In this document: positions 19,085-27,257 of the stretch, piece by piece
Layout of the letters: every line of letters begins with the position of its first letter
Numbering within the stretch: position 1 is the stretch's first letter
Source: a virus
Taxonomy: Duplodnaviria; Heunggongvirae; Uroviricota; Caudoviricetes
Direction: 5' to 3' (one strand)
Virus record (IMG/VR): IMGVR_UViG_2795385955_000003
Length of the DNA: 64,000 nt
Program-made: the position numbers and the translations under genes
The notes under the pieces: generated by a model
Seen by the model: the letters and a program-made list of their open reading frames with translations, nothing else
Database searches by the model: none
What the model was told of the DNA's origin: nothing

Positions 19085-19461
19085 TGCCCACCCGTATTCA
19101 GTTGCGGCGTAGTGCGGGCTGGCGCAAGCCCGAGGGCGCCATAGTAGTTGTCCGGCCATCTCGGTGGGGCAACCCGTTCAAGGTCGTCTGCGCCGGGACG
19201 GAGCCGGACCTACTGGGCGCCCGCCGTGTACGTGTCTGGACCGTCACAGGACCCGGAAAGTTCTTTCAGGGCACCGGGACACACGAGTGGGCAGCGGCCT
19301 ACGCAGTGCGTCTGTACCGCCGCTGGCTCCTCAGCTCCATGAAACGCGTGGAGGACCTGGTGCCGCTTCTCCGCGGCCACGACCTCTGCTGCTGGTGCCG
19401 ACTCGACGCCCCCTGCCACGCGGACGTCCTACTAGAACTAGCCAACGAGAAGGAGATATAG
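19084..19461 (+). CDS. DUF4326 family protein
   Basis: RPSRWGNPF motif. Confidence 0.5.
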   Translation: MPTRIQLRRSAGWRKPEGAIVVVRPSRWGNPFKVVCAGTEPDLLGARRVRVWTVTGPGKFFQGTGTHEWAAAYAVRLYRRWLLSSMKRVEDLVPLLRGHDLCCWCRLDAPCHADVLLELANEKEI

Positions 19462-19463
19462 CT

Positions 19464-20408
19464 GTGCCGCGCGACCATGGTCGGATTCTTACAATCATTT
19501 GGCGGGACAAAGACTTTCAGCAGCGTTCCGTCGAGGCGCAGCGCATGTACATGCTTTTGTTGTCGCAACCGAATGTGAACAATGCCGGTGTCCTGCCGCT
19601 GCAACTAAGCAAGTGGGCGAAGGGCTGCGACCAGACCAGCGTCGCCGATGTACGCCGCGCTACAAACGAACTCGCCGAGCACCTCTATGTGGCCTACGAC
19701 GAGGACACCGAGGAACTGCTGGTCCGCTCGTACATACGCAACGACGGCGTGCTCAAGCACAAATACCTGTTCGCTAACGCTCTGAAATGCGCCCAGGCCG
19801 TCGAATCACCCAGCCTGCGTGCGGTGCTGGCGGCCGAGTTGCGGCGCACCCGCCGTGCCGATGCGGTGACGGTCGCCAACCAGATCGACCCATCTGGCCC
19901 CGGCCCCGACGGCACCCCGACAGACCCAAGGCCGGACGACGACCCAACGCCCCCAGACAGTGACCTCGACGGCATTTGGATGCCATCCGAAACCGACCCC
20001 AATGGCATCGAAAACCCATCGCAAACCGATGTGCCATTGGAATGCCATTCCGATGGCATCGGGATCACTAGGGGGAAGGGGAAGGGGAGGGGGAAGGGGT
20101 CACCTTGGGTAGGTGGTTACGTTGGGGAGACGCCCACCCGCTGCGCTAAGCACATCAACGACCCACACCCCCCAAACTGCCGCGACTGCATGACAGCCCG
20201 ACTGGCATCCGAGGCAGCCGCCCAGGAGGCAGCTGAACGTCAGAAGTCAGACCGGGCAGCAGCCCTGGCCCGACGCGAGGCGTGCACCCGCTGTCAGGGC
20301 GGCGGCTGGATCGAGGCCGACGACGGTTCCGGCGTCCTGCCCTGCACGTGCCGTAAACCCCTACAGCTCGTCCCACACCCCACCGACGCGCAGAGGGCAG
20401 CAGGATGA
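19464..20408 (+). CDS. putative replisome organizer / replication initiation DNA-binding protein
   Basis: N-terminal domain resembles phage replisome organizer. Central low-complexity linker encoded by iteron-like repeats and a G-tract. C-terminal Zn-binding Cys cluster. Confidence 0.35.
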   Translation: MPRDHGRILTIIWRDKDFQQRSVEAQRMYMLLLSQPNVNNAGVLPLQLSKWAKGCDQTSVADVRRATNELAEHLYVAYDEDTEELLVRSYIRNDGVLKHKYLFANALKCAQAVESPSLRAVLAAELRRTRRADAVTVANQIDPSGPGPDGTPTDPRPDDDPTPPDSDLDGIWMPSETDPNGIENPSQTDVPLECHSDGIGITRGKGKGRGKGSPWVGGYVGETPTRCAKHINDPHPPNCRDCMTARLASEAAAQEAAERQKSDRAAALARREACTRCQGGGWIEADDGSGVLPCTCRKPLQLVPHPTDAQRAAG

Positions 20409-20421
20409 CCGCCAGCGCGAC

Positions 20422-20847
20422 ATGCTGGACCGTGCACGCCGGGGGCTGCCTGTGATGACCGGAGACCGCCTCACTGAACAGCAGATCGCAGCCCTAGTAG
20501 ATACCCAGCTGGTCGGGCTCAACGACCAGTTTGTCGGCCGTCGCCCCACCTGCCAGCACCCGCAACGCACGTGCAGGCGGCCGGTCACCGCGGTCGTCTC
20601 GGTGCATGTCCTGGACAACTGCGACGGCGAGGAGGCCGACGAGTTCGGCAACGAGGTGTTCCTGTTGTGCACGAATTGCGCACGGGCGCTGTGGATGGCG
20701 GCCATGTGGGAGGTACGCGACCGCACCGTCGCCGCTACCCGTGCTGGCGTCATCCCCATGTGCTCTACGTGCCAGGCACCGGTCGTCAAGCCATCGCACA
20801 TCGTCCGCGATGTACGCAAATACGAGGAGGTTTTCAATGCACCGTGA
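20422..20847 (+). CDS. hypothetical Cys-rich protein
   Basis: ORF. Confidence 0.4.
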   Translation: MLDRARRGLPVMTGDRLTEQQIAALVDTQLVGLNDQFVGRRPTCQHPQRTCRRPVTAVVSVHVLDNCDGEEADEFGNEVFLLCTNCARALWMAAMWEVRDRTVAATRAGVIPMCSTCQAPVVKPSHIVRDVRKYEEVFNAP

Positions 20848-21154
20848 GTGGACCCCGGAACAGCTAAAGCGTTGGCGCATACGCAAAGCGCAGAACGGCG
20901 AACAGACACCCTGGCAGCGCCGGGACTGGTCCGCACTGCCCGACGACGTCCTGACCGCGTCGCCGCAATGGTGCATATGGCGGCCCTGGGAGCAACACCC
21001 CATCGCTTGCGTCGACACCCAGCAAGACGCCATACGGCACGTCATCCTCCAGTTGCAGAGTGCGTACCTACGCGCAGCTGAGCGGGAGGAACTGGAGCGA
21101 CAGGGCATGGAGCTAGCACGCATCAACAACCGGCCGCGGGGGTTGGAGTCGTGA
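20837..21154 (+). CDS. hypothetical protein
   Basis: ORF. Confidence 0.4.
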   Translation: MHREWTPEQLKRWRIRKAQNGEQTPWQRRDWSALPDDVLTASPQWCIWRPWEQHPIACVDTQQDAIRHVILQLQSAYLRAAEREELERQGMELARINNRPRGLES

Positions 21155-21762
21155 GCGTGATTCTTGAGGCCCTGGCGCTAGTTCTTGCGGCTAGTGGCGG
21201 ATTCACCGCGTACCTGTTGACGCTCGGGCATCGCCGACGCGGCAACCAGATCCAGATCTCCGGCGAGAAATCCGTCGCTATCCAGGCTGGCGGTACCATC
21301 ACGGTGCAGGCCAGCCGCGGTAGCATCGCCGCCCACACCATCGTCGGCAACGTGAACGTCGGTGGTGAGCGCTGGGTCGGAGTCGAACCGAACCCGCTAC
21401 GGCGTGCACTACTTGCCCGCTCCGGTCCAGGCCAGCCGCTGTACATGTTCGGCGAGGTCGACTCCTACGACGAGTTGCCCAGCATGGTCAACGCAGCCAC
21501 CGACCACATCGGCAAGTGGTGGTGGGACCGCACTAGCGAGGTCGCATACCTCTGGCTCGGCCAGGGCTACAAGGTCCTAGGCGCACCCGAGATAGCCAAA
21601 CCGACACGACCCGACACCTACCGAATATCTGAGTTCGCCGCACAATGCGCCTGCCCCCGTTGCGGATTCATCAACACCCACTACATCCAGCCATGCACAC
21701 AGGACCCCGGCTCTATCACCCGGGAGTGCACGGAGTGTGGACAGACTTGGAGGCAGCAGTGA
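21151..21762 (+). CDS. hypothetical membrane-anchored protein with C-terminal zinc ribbon
   Basis: N-terminal hydrophobic helix. CPRCG...CTECG. Confidence 0.45.
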   Translation: MSVILEALALVLAASGGFTAYLLTLGHRRRGNQIQISGEKSVAIQAGGTITVQASRGSIAAHTIVGNVNVGGERWVGVEPNPLRRALLARSGPGQPLYMFGEVDSYDELPSMVNAATDHIGKWWWDRTSEVAYLWLGQGYKVLGAPEIAKPTRPDTYRISEFAAQCACPRCGFINTHYIQPCTQDPGSITRECTECGQTWRQQ

Positions 21763-22211
21763 CCTATCAGACCGTTCGCCTGGACGATCCGACAACCCCA
21801 GTTGCGTTGCACCGCAACGGTAAGAAGTGGCCAATACCCTTCCGCCTGAACCTCGCACACGACGATTTCGTTCGCGCCAGGCTGACCGACACCCTGCACC
21901 CCGGCGACATCCTGGACCTGCCGTTCAACGTCACCGGCACCATAGTGGAGATCGCCGTATGGCCGCCGAAAGCCCGCGACAACGACCGCCACTGGTTCGC
22001 ACGCAAGACCCACCCATACCGAATCGACCTGCAATTCCACGCCTTCGACACCTGCGCCCAATGCGACACCCAGGCAGCACACCAGGTCGAGATACCCGAG
22101 TACGAGACGTGGTGGGACAGTCCGCTAACCGCCGAGTTCCCGCACCGCAGGTACGTCCTCCGCACCTGCATCACATGCCGCAACTCATGGGAACAGGACG
22201 AGGTGCAGTGA
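21759..22211 (+). CDS. hypothetical protein
   Basis: GTG start coupled to upstream stop. Confidence 0.4.
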   Translation: MTYQTVRLDDPTTPVALHRNGKKWPIPFRLNLAHDDFVRARLTDTLHPGDILDLPFNVTGTIVEIAVWPPKARDNDRHWFARKTHPYRIDLQFHAFDTCAQCDTQAAHQVEIPEYETWWDSPLTAEFPHRRYVLRTCITCRNSWEQDEVQ

Positions 22212-22213
22212 GC

Positions 22214-23263
22214 ATGAGTAACCCGGTGACGCAACGTGATACGCACCGCTGCGCGTTCGGACACCGATGCGTAAACCACGACTGGTCAACCGTCGTCGAC
22301 GAAGATGACGCACCCTCCGGCCAACTCATTGCCGACGGTGTGATCTGCGGCGGCTGCCTAACCCGCCTGCGGTACGCCGTCAACGGCCTACCCCGGGACT
22401 GGGACCGGCTCCACGAAGGCATCGGCGAACGCGTGTACGTCGACCGAGCACGCGTCACCATGACCTCCACCGCAGCCATCAACCTCAACACCCAACGCGA
22501 CGCTCTCCAACGCGACATCGTCGAGACCGCCGACCGCGCAGCGGAAATGGTTGAACACGCGATGAACCTGACCGGCAGGCAGCGCCACGGCCGCCAGGGC
22601 TTCACCGTCCACCAACGTCAGGTAGTCGCCCGTTCCGTCGCCGTCGTCGGCGAAAACCTGGACGTACTCCTGGCTCAACCCGCCCAACCCATGCTCGTCT
22701 GGGGCCGAGTACCCGACGGCGACGAGGGCTGGCATCCCCAGCACGGACAACCCCGCCACCTCGTAGACCGCGACGGCGTCGACATCGCCCTCCAACTAAT
22801 CGAGCTGTCCCGCAACGTCTACCAGGCCCTCGGACTACCCCGACTACGCCACCACTCCGCCATGCCCTGCCCTGCAGTCAAACGGGACGGCCAGCAGTGC
22901 GGCGCCTACACCGTCGGCCGCTGGGACGGCACCTCCCAATACGACTGCACCACCTGCGGCCGAACATATGGCGAACGGGAATACCCCTGGCTCCAGCGCG
23001 GCGTCATCGACCTCATGCGCGAACTCGAAGAACGGGAGAAAAACATGCAACTACTCGACCAACTCAAACACCTACTAGCCGAGGCATACTGGCGCCTCGA
23101 CGGCATCAACGACATGGTCCAGCGTGTCGCCGACGAGCCGCTGCTGGACGAGGCGGGCGCCGGACGACTGGTCGTCGACAAGGTGACCGCGATACTCAAC
23201 GACGGGCTGGTACCGCACCAGACACCCGAGCAGCGGCAGACCACCCCGGCGGGGGGTAACTGA
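22214..23263 (+). CDS. hypothetical protein (349 aa)
   Basis: ORF. Confidence 0.45.
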   Translation: MSNPVTQRDTHRCAFGHRCVNHDWSTVVDEDDAPSGQLIADGVICGGCLTRLRYAVNGLPRDWDRLHEGIGERVYVDRARVTMTSTAAINLNTQRDALQRDIVETADRAAEMVEHAMNLTGRQRHGRQGFTVHQRQVVARSVAVVGENLDVLLAQPAQPMLVWGRVPDGDEGWHPQHGQPRHLVDRDGVDIALQLIELSRNVYQALGLPRLRHHSAMPCPAVKRDGQQCGAYTVGRWDGTSQYDCTTCGRTYGEREYPWLQRGVIDLMRELEEREKNMQLLDQLKHLLAEAYWRLDGINDMVQRVADEPLLDEAGAGRLVVDKVTAILNDGLVPHQTPEQRQTTPAGGN

Positions 23264-23619
23264 TGGGCGTGCAGACGGTCGTCAGCACGATCTACAAATG
23301 CGACCGGTGCGGGTCCGAGTCCACCAGCTCCCGGGACTATGAGCGCGGCGCCCACGCAGGCGCCAAAGGTGAGAAGTACTGGTGGTGCGCCGCCTGCTAC
23401 ACCGCCTTCCTCCGGTTCGCCGCCAACCAGGGCACCACGCAGGAGGTCTGGCTGGGGTACCAGGGCGACGGCACCGCCCTCCAGGGAGGCTCCCGGCTGC
23501 AAGTGGTGTTCGGCGACGAGAGCACCGCCCAGGCGTGGTATTCAGGGCTGGAGCCGGGGTCGTGGGACTACCGCAGCATCACCCGGCACAAGGTCGTCAA
23601 CGCGGGGCAGACCACGTGA
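23263..23619 (+). CDS. hypothetical protein
   Basis: ORF. Confidence 0.4.
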   Translation: MGVQTVVSTIYKCDRCGSESTSSRDYERGAHAGAKGEKYWWCAACYTAFLRFAANQGTTQEVWLGYQGDGTALQGGSRLQVVFGDESTAQAWYSGLEPGSWDYRSITRHKVVNAGQTT

Positions 23620-23969
23620 CCGGCGCCGCGGTGGAGGACCTGCACGTTATGGAGACACGGGTCTACCGCCGGTACGCCGAGGCAGTCGCCGCCAGCATCC
23701 CCGCTATGCCGGACTTCTCCGACTGGCTGGACATGCTGTCCGCGCCAACCAAGTACACCGTCGACACCGCGCTGGTATGCCCCGACACCGTCACCGAGGT
23801 TCCGCAGTTCCCGCCCGAACGCTGGATCACATACCCAGCCCGGCGCCGCGTGTCGCTGATGCTGGCTGACGAAATGCTCAACCGCATCAACGGCGGCAAC
23901 ACCGCGCACGACTGGCTCGCCATGGTTGGCATCCTGTTGACCTTCGGGGGACGGAGCCGCGACGCATGA
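23616..23969 (+). CDS. hypothetical protein
   Basis: GTG start coupled. Confidence 0.35.
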   Translation: MTGAAVEDLHVMETRVYRRYAEAVAASIPAMPDFSDWLDMLSAPTKYTVDTALVCPDTVTEVPQFPPERWITYPARRRVSLMLADEMLNRINGGNTAHDWLAMVGILLTFGGRSRDA

Positions 23970-24053
23970 AACCGCGTACCCCGCACCTGCTTCCATGGAA
24001 TCCAGAGACGGGACATACCAACGTGTGCCGCAGCCCAGCGATAGGGCACGACT

Positions 24054-24479
24054 ATGACTGATCAGAAGGTTTGGAAGTGGACCGGCGACAGCCGCGAGGA
24101 CAAGGCGAAACGTGTCGCCCTGTCCTATCGCCAGCTCCTTGAAGATGTCGCCGCCGGACGCATCACCGACCCCATGCAGGCCCTCATCGAACGCGACAGG
24201 TACTGGCAAGACCTCGGCGTCTACTGGTCGGTGCCATCCGTCGCCCCCATCGACCAGGAGGCGTGGTTGTCGGCCGCCGACCTCGTCATCCACCTCGCCC
24301 ACATAGTCCAGCTCACCGAGCACCAGGTCCGAAACTGGGCATACCGGCGACGAAAAGGACTGGGCGACGGCATAACCGAGCGCACCGGGCAGGAAGGAAA
24401 ACCGGAATACAACGTCGCTGACGTCCTGGCCTACCTCACCCGCCAACGCGTCCGCCGACAGGGAGGCACCAGCGCATGA
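24054..24479 (+). CDS. hypothetical protein
   Basis: ORF. Confidence 0.4.
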   Translation: MTDQKVWKWTGDSREDKAKRVALSYRQLLEDVAAGRITDPMQALIERDRYWQDLGVYWSVPSVAPIDQEAWLSAADLVIHLAHIVQLTEHQVRNWAYRRRKGLGDGITERTGQEGKPEYNVADVLAYLTRQRVRRQGGTSA

Positions 24480-24820
24480 TCTGGGAACTATGGGCCACCC
24501 CGTCCGGCCAGATCTTCTGGCAGCTCGACAACTGGGGCGGCTTCTACAAATGCGAACCACCCAGCCGCGGCCGTGAGACGGTGGAGACGCTGCCCGCCGA
24601 CGCCCGGCCGCTGATCAACGATGGCAAGTGGATCACCGGGGTGATGGAGGCCGCCGAGGACGAGGCCCAACGCCGCATCATGGAGCCCGACTGGCCAACC
24701 CAACGTGTAGAACGCCCCTACGAGAAAGCCCAGCGCGAGAGGTTCGAGCGGTACATGGCAGAGGTCAAAAGCATGACCGCAGCGGCAATCGCCACACCTC
24801 AGAACGGCGGAACACCATGA
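24476..24820 (+). CDS. hypothetical protein
   Basis: ORF. Confidence 0.4.
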   Translation: MIWELWATPSGQIFWQLDNWGGFYKCEPPSRGRETVETLPADARPLINDGKWITGVMEAAEDEAQRRIMEPDWPTQRVERPYEKAQRERFERYMAEVKSMTAAAIATPQNGGTP

Positions 24821-25251
24821 CCGGCATCGCCTTCGTTGACGTAACCCTGGCATGGAAACGCATCGAGGACCGTTGGCACAAGGGCCGCTGGTTGTGGATC
24901 GCCCACCACCGCGACGACATCGGCGGGACGTACACCCTGTTGCCGCGGACAACGGAGTACCGCCTCTGGGACCCGCCGACCAACACCACCACCGAGGTCG
25001 TTAAACGCTGCTGGATCACTGAATACGTGCCCGGCTCGCGCGACTGGGACGACTTCGTCAAACCCAGGGACCTCTACTGCGGCAACGACCTACGCGCCGC
25101 CCGCAGGGCCGCTGAGAAACACCACGCCGAGACCCGCCGCCGTTCCGCGTGGGAACGCTACATGCGGAACAACGACCCGCCAGCACCCACAACCCCCGAG
25201 GAGCAGCAGCGGATGGACGCCCGTATCTACTGGCCGCCGGATGACGTTTAG
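24817..25251 (+). CDS. hypothetical protein (last gene of rightward early/middle operon)
   Basis: ORF. Convergent with minus-strand operon. Confidence 0.4.
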   Translation: MTGIAFVDVTLAWKRIEDRWHKGRWLWIAHHRDDIGGTYTLLPRTTEYRLWDPPTNTTTEVVKRCWITEYVPGSRDWDDFVKPRDLYCGNDLRAARRAAEKHHAETRRRSAWERYMRNNDPPAPTTPEEQQRMDARIYWPPDDV

Positions 25252-25308
25252 TTGCTGGACAGTTCAGCCACGATTTCGTCGACCGTCGCAATCATCTCGC
25301 CGTCCACT

Positions 25309-25644
25309 TCATCGCTGTACTTCCACATATGAGACGCCGTACGTTTCTATCTCGGGGTGTTCGTCGAGTATTTCTGACCCTGTAGCAGGGTCGTAGTGCT
25401 CGATCGGGACGCCGACATCGCGTGCCCACTTAACCAGGGCCGCGGCTGCGCCTTCCGGGGTGACGTAGACGCCGATCCAGCCGCCCCGGTGCTCAATCAG
25501 TTCGAGTTGCGCGACCCACACCTTGGCTACTACGGCGTATCCGGCGCGGTCGAGCGCGTCCAGCGCGGCATCTGCCTGTGGCCATCCGCCGCCCAGGCTG
25601 TCGGCGATGATGTCGCGCGGTGCGGCGACGTCGGGGCCGGTCAC
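25309..25644 (-). CDS. hypothetical protein, third gene of minus-strand 3-gene operon
   Basis: ORF coupled (overlapping start/stop) to upstream gene. Confidence 0.4.
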   Translation of the reverse strand: MTGPDVAAPRDIIADSLGGGWPQADAALDALDRAGYAVVAKVWVAQLELIEHRGGWIGVYVTPEGAAAALVKWARDVGVPIEHYDPATGSEILDEHPEIETYGVSYVEVQR

Positions 25645-25835
25645 GGTCGGATGTTCTGGCGTCGGACCTCGGCCAGTGTCTCGTCGACCATCTTGTCTGC
25701 CGCGTCGTTGGTCAGTCGGATGCCGTCGCCGACAAGGAACTCTTCCTTGTCGAGGTCGATGTCGTCGACGACCAGGTCATCGCCGAAGGTGAGGCGTTTG
25801 AGGTCGGCTTCGCTGTGACTGCTCATGAGGGTCAT
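25641..25835 (-). CDS. small protein, possible RHH-type antitoxin-like (BrnA-like)
   Basis: C-terminal GIRLTNDAADKMVDETLAEV resembles ribbon-helix-helix strand plus helix. Coupled to flanking genes. Confidence 0.3.
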   Translation of the reverse strand: MTLMSSHSEADLKRLTFGDDLVVDDIDLDKEEFLVGDGIRLTNDAADKMVDETLAEVRRQNIRP

Positions 25836-26083
25836 TGTGCCCCTCCTTTCCGGTACTTGGTGGGCATGGCGTGGATACATACCCAGGTCCAGTCCTGGGT
25901 GGCGTGTGGGACCAGGATCAGCTCCAGCTCTACACCGGTGTCGTCGGTGCCTATGAAGTAGAGGCGCCAGATGCCGTCGCGGTTGTCGACGAGCAGCGGC
26001 ATACCGGCGTTGCGGAGTGCTGCCGTGACGCGGCGCTTGTTGGCGCGCATCCGCGCTTTCGCTGTGAGTGTCACTCTTGCCAT
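25832..26083 (-). CDS. small protein with weak BrnT/RelE-fold toxin-like C-terminal pattern
   Basis: WRLYFIGTDDTGVELELILVPH...WTWVCIHAMPTKYRK resembles DUF497/BrnT (F.IG..G.LL.VV...RIISARKAT). First gene of operon 11 bp from the palindromic operator. Confidence 0.35.
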   Translation of the reverse strand: MARVTLTAKARMRANKRRVTAALRNAGMPLLVDNRDGIWRLYFIGTDDTGVELELILVPHATQDWTWVCIHAMPTKYRKGGAQ

Positions 26084-26093
26084 GACTCAGAAT

Positions 26094-26109
26094 GTATAGT
26101 GCACTATAC
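26094..26109. promoter_or_regulatory. 16-bp perfect palindrome GTATAGTGCACTATAC: operator embedding divergent -10-like TATAGT hexamers
   Basis: Seen directly. Identical copy at 29602-29617. Additional GTATAG / GTATAC half-sites at 26142-26157. Confidence 0.5.
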
Positions 26110-26167
26110 GAAAGAACAAGCCGTAACGGCCTTGCTTATGTGTATAGCTTTGTATACGTTTCGAGTC

Positions 26168-26506
26168 ATGAAAAGCCTTTATGTAAAACGTATTGCCGTC
26201 ATGGGTGCCGCCATTGCCGCCCTAACGGCACTCCCAACTGCCACCGCTTCCGCGTTCCCGGAACGTTGCCTGTACGCCGCGACAGACGCCAAGACCTGCC
26301 TGGGTGCCCGACCGGCACCCTTCACGCCAGCAGGCGGCGGCGGATACAAGCCCCCGGAGGACCCGGAATGCCCCGAGGGCCAGCACCATCCACCTACAGC
26401 TCCGGCAAGTCCTGCCGCGGGCGAAACTGGAGGTAACAGCGCTGGTAGCGGGTCTGCCGGTAGCGGTGGGTCCTCGGCGAGTGGAGGGGCTGGTACCGGA
26501 AGGTGA
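26168..26506 (+). CDS. small secreted protein with Gly/Ser-rich C-terminus
   Basis: Signal peptide MKSLYVKRIAVMGAAIAALTALPTATASA. AT-rich 5' codons. GS-rich tail. Confidence 0.5.
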   Translation: MKSLYVKRIAVMGAAIAALTALPTATASAFPERCLYAATDAKTCLGARPAPFTPAGGGGYKPPEDPECPEGQHHPPTAPASPAAGETGGNSAGSGSAGSGGSSASGGAGTGR

Positions 26507-26560
26507 TGGTCGCGGCTACCGAGCGGCTATACAGCCAATCCCCAATTCTGTTGCCGCACC

Positions 26561-26590
26561 GCTATACCGCGGTATAGCTTCGTTTTCAGA
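26561..26590 (+). terminator. intrinsic terminator-like hairpin GCTATAC-CGCG-GTATAGC followed by CTTCGTTTTC
   Basis: 18-bp perfect palindrome then U-rich tract. Arms carry the same GTATAG/CTATAC half-site as the operator, in everted order. Confidence 0.45.
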
Positions 26591-26603
26591 CAACAAAACA
26601 GCG

Positions 26604-26728
26604 GACGACGTGAACAGGATGCAGGTCGGTTATCTCGGGGTACGCCCCCGTAGTTCAAGTTAGAACGCCCCGAGCCAAGCGGGGAAATGGAGCCAAACCC
26701 GCCCAGCGCCAACCACGTTCACGTCGTC
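26604..26728 (+). ncRNA. Y-RNA-like module A (Ro60-binding-type stem motif, non-tRNA-like interior)
   Basis: 12-bp closing stem GACGACGTGAAC/GTTCACGTCGTC. 5' strand carries shared motif GAACAGGATGCAGGTCGGTTATC. Internal hairpins. Confidence 0.4.
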
Positions 26729-26763
26729 CCCCAGACCACAACTACATAGACACCAGATGGTGC

Positions 26764-26886
26764 GAGCAGGACGCAGGTCGGTTACCACTTGCTAATGGAG
26801 AGGTCGCGGGTTCGAGTCCCGCCAGCCAGCCCCCGGCTGTAGCTCAGTTGGCAGAGCGCTAAACCCCGGTCAGCACACACACGTTC
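26764..26886 (+). ncRNA. Y-RNA-like module B with tRNA-like domain (T-arm, closed acceptor hairpin, D-arm)
   Basis: 5' motif GAGCAGGACGCAGGTCGGTTACC. T-arm gcggg-ttcgagt-cccgc. Acceptor strands cagccag/ccggctg joined by 2-nt linker. D-arm gctcagttggcagagc. 3' strand AACCCCGGTCAGCACACACACGTTC. Confidence 0.55.
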
Positions 26887-26925
26887 GCCCCATCACCCAA
26901 CACAACTCCATACATAACAAGGTGT

Positions 26926-27050
26926 GAACAGGACTTCGTTCGGTTATCTCCTTTCCCGAGAGAGACGCGGGTTCGAATCCCGTCAACCACGAAAGTGGTT
27001 GTAGCTCAGTGGCCTAGAGCGCTAAAACCCGGACGACACCCACACGCTCA
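26926..27050 (+). ncRNA. Y-RNA-like module C with tRNA-like domain
   Basis: 5' motif GAACAGGACTTCGTTCGGTTATC. T-loop ttcgaat. Acceptor hairpin caaccac-gaaa-gtggttg (7 bp perfect). D-arm gctcagtggcctagagc. Conserved 3' strand. Confidence 0.55.
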
Positions 27051-27092
27051 CACCACCTCAAACACCAGCAGACGCACGCGCGCAGGCGGTGT

Positions 27093-27222
27093 GGACAGGA
27101 CGCAGGTCGGTTACCAAAACAGTCAGGTGTGGGTTCGAGCCCCACCACCTCGCTCGCGGGGTGTAGCCCAATTGGTAGAGGCAATTGTCCACATACGCCG
27201 GTCAGCAGCCCACACGCCCACA
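27093..27222 (+). ncRNA. Y-RNA-like module D with tRNA-like domain
   Basis: 5' motif GGACAGGACGCAGGTCGGTTACC. T-arm gtggg-ttcgagc-cccac. Acceptor cacctcg-ctcg-cggggtg (one G.U). D-arm-like segment. 3' strand CGCCGGTCAGCAGCCCACACGCCC. Confidence 0.55.
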
Positions 27223-27257
27223 CCACCTACGCGCACGCACGACAGACAACCCGATGT

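Noticed and set aside
25250-25327. 26-aa acidic minus-strand ORF (MWKYSDEVDGEMIATVDEIVAELSSN) at the convergence point of the two operons
   Set aside because: Too short, and it overlaps the end of 25309-25644 in another frame. It cannot be supported without expression data.
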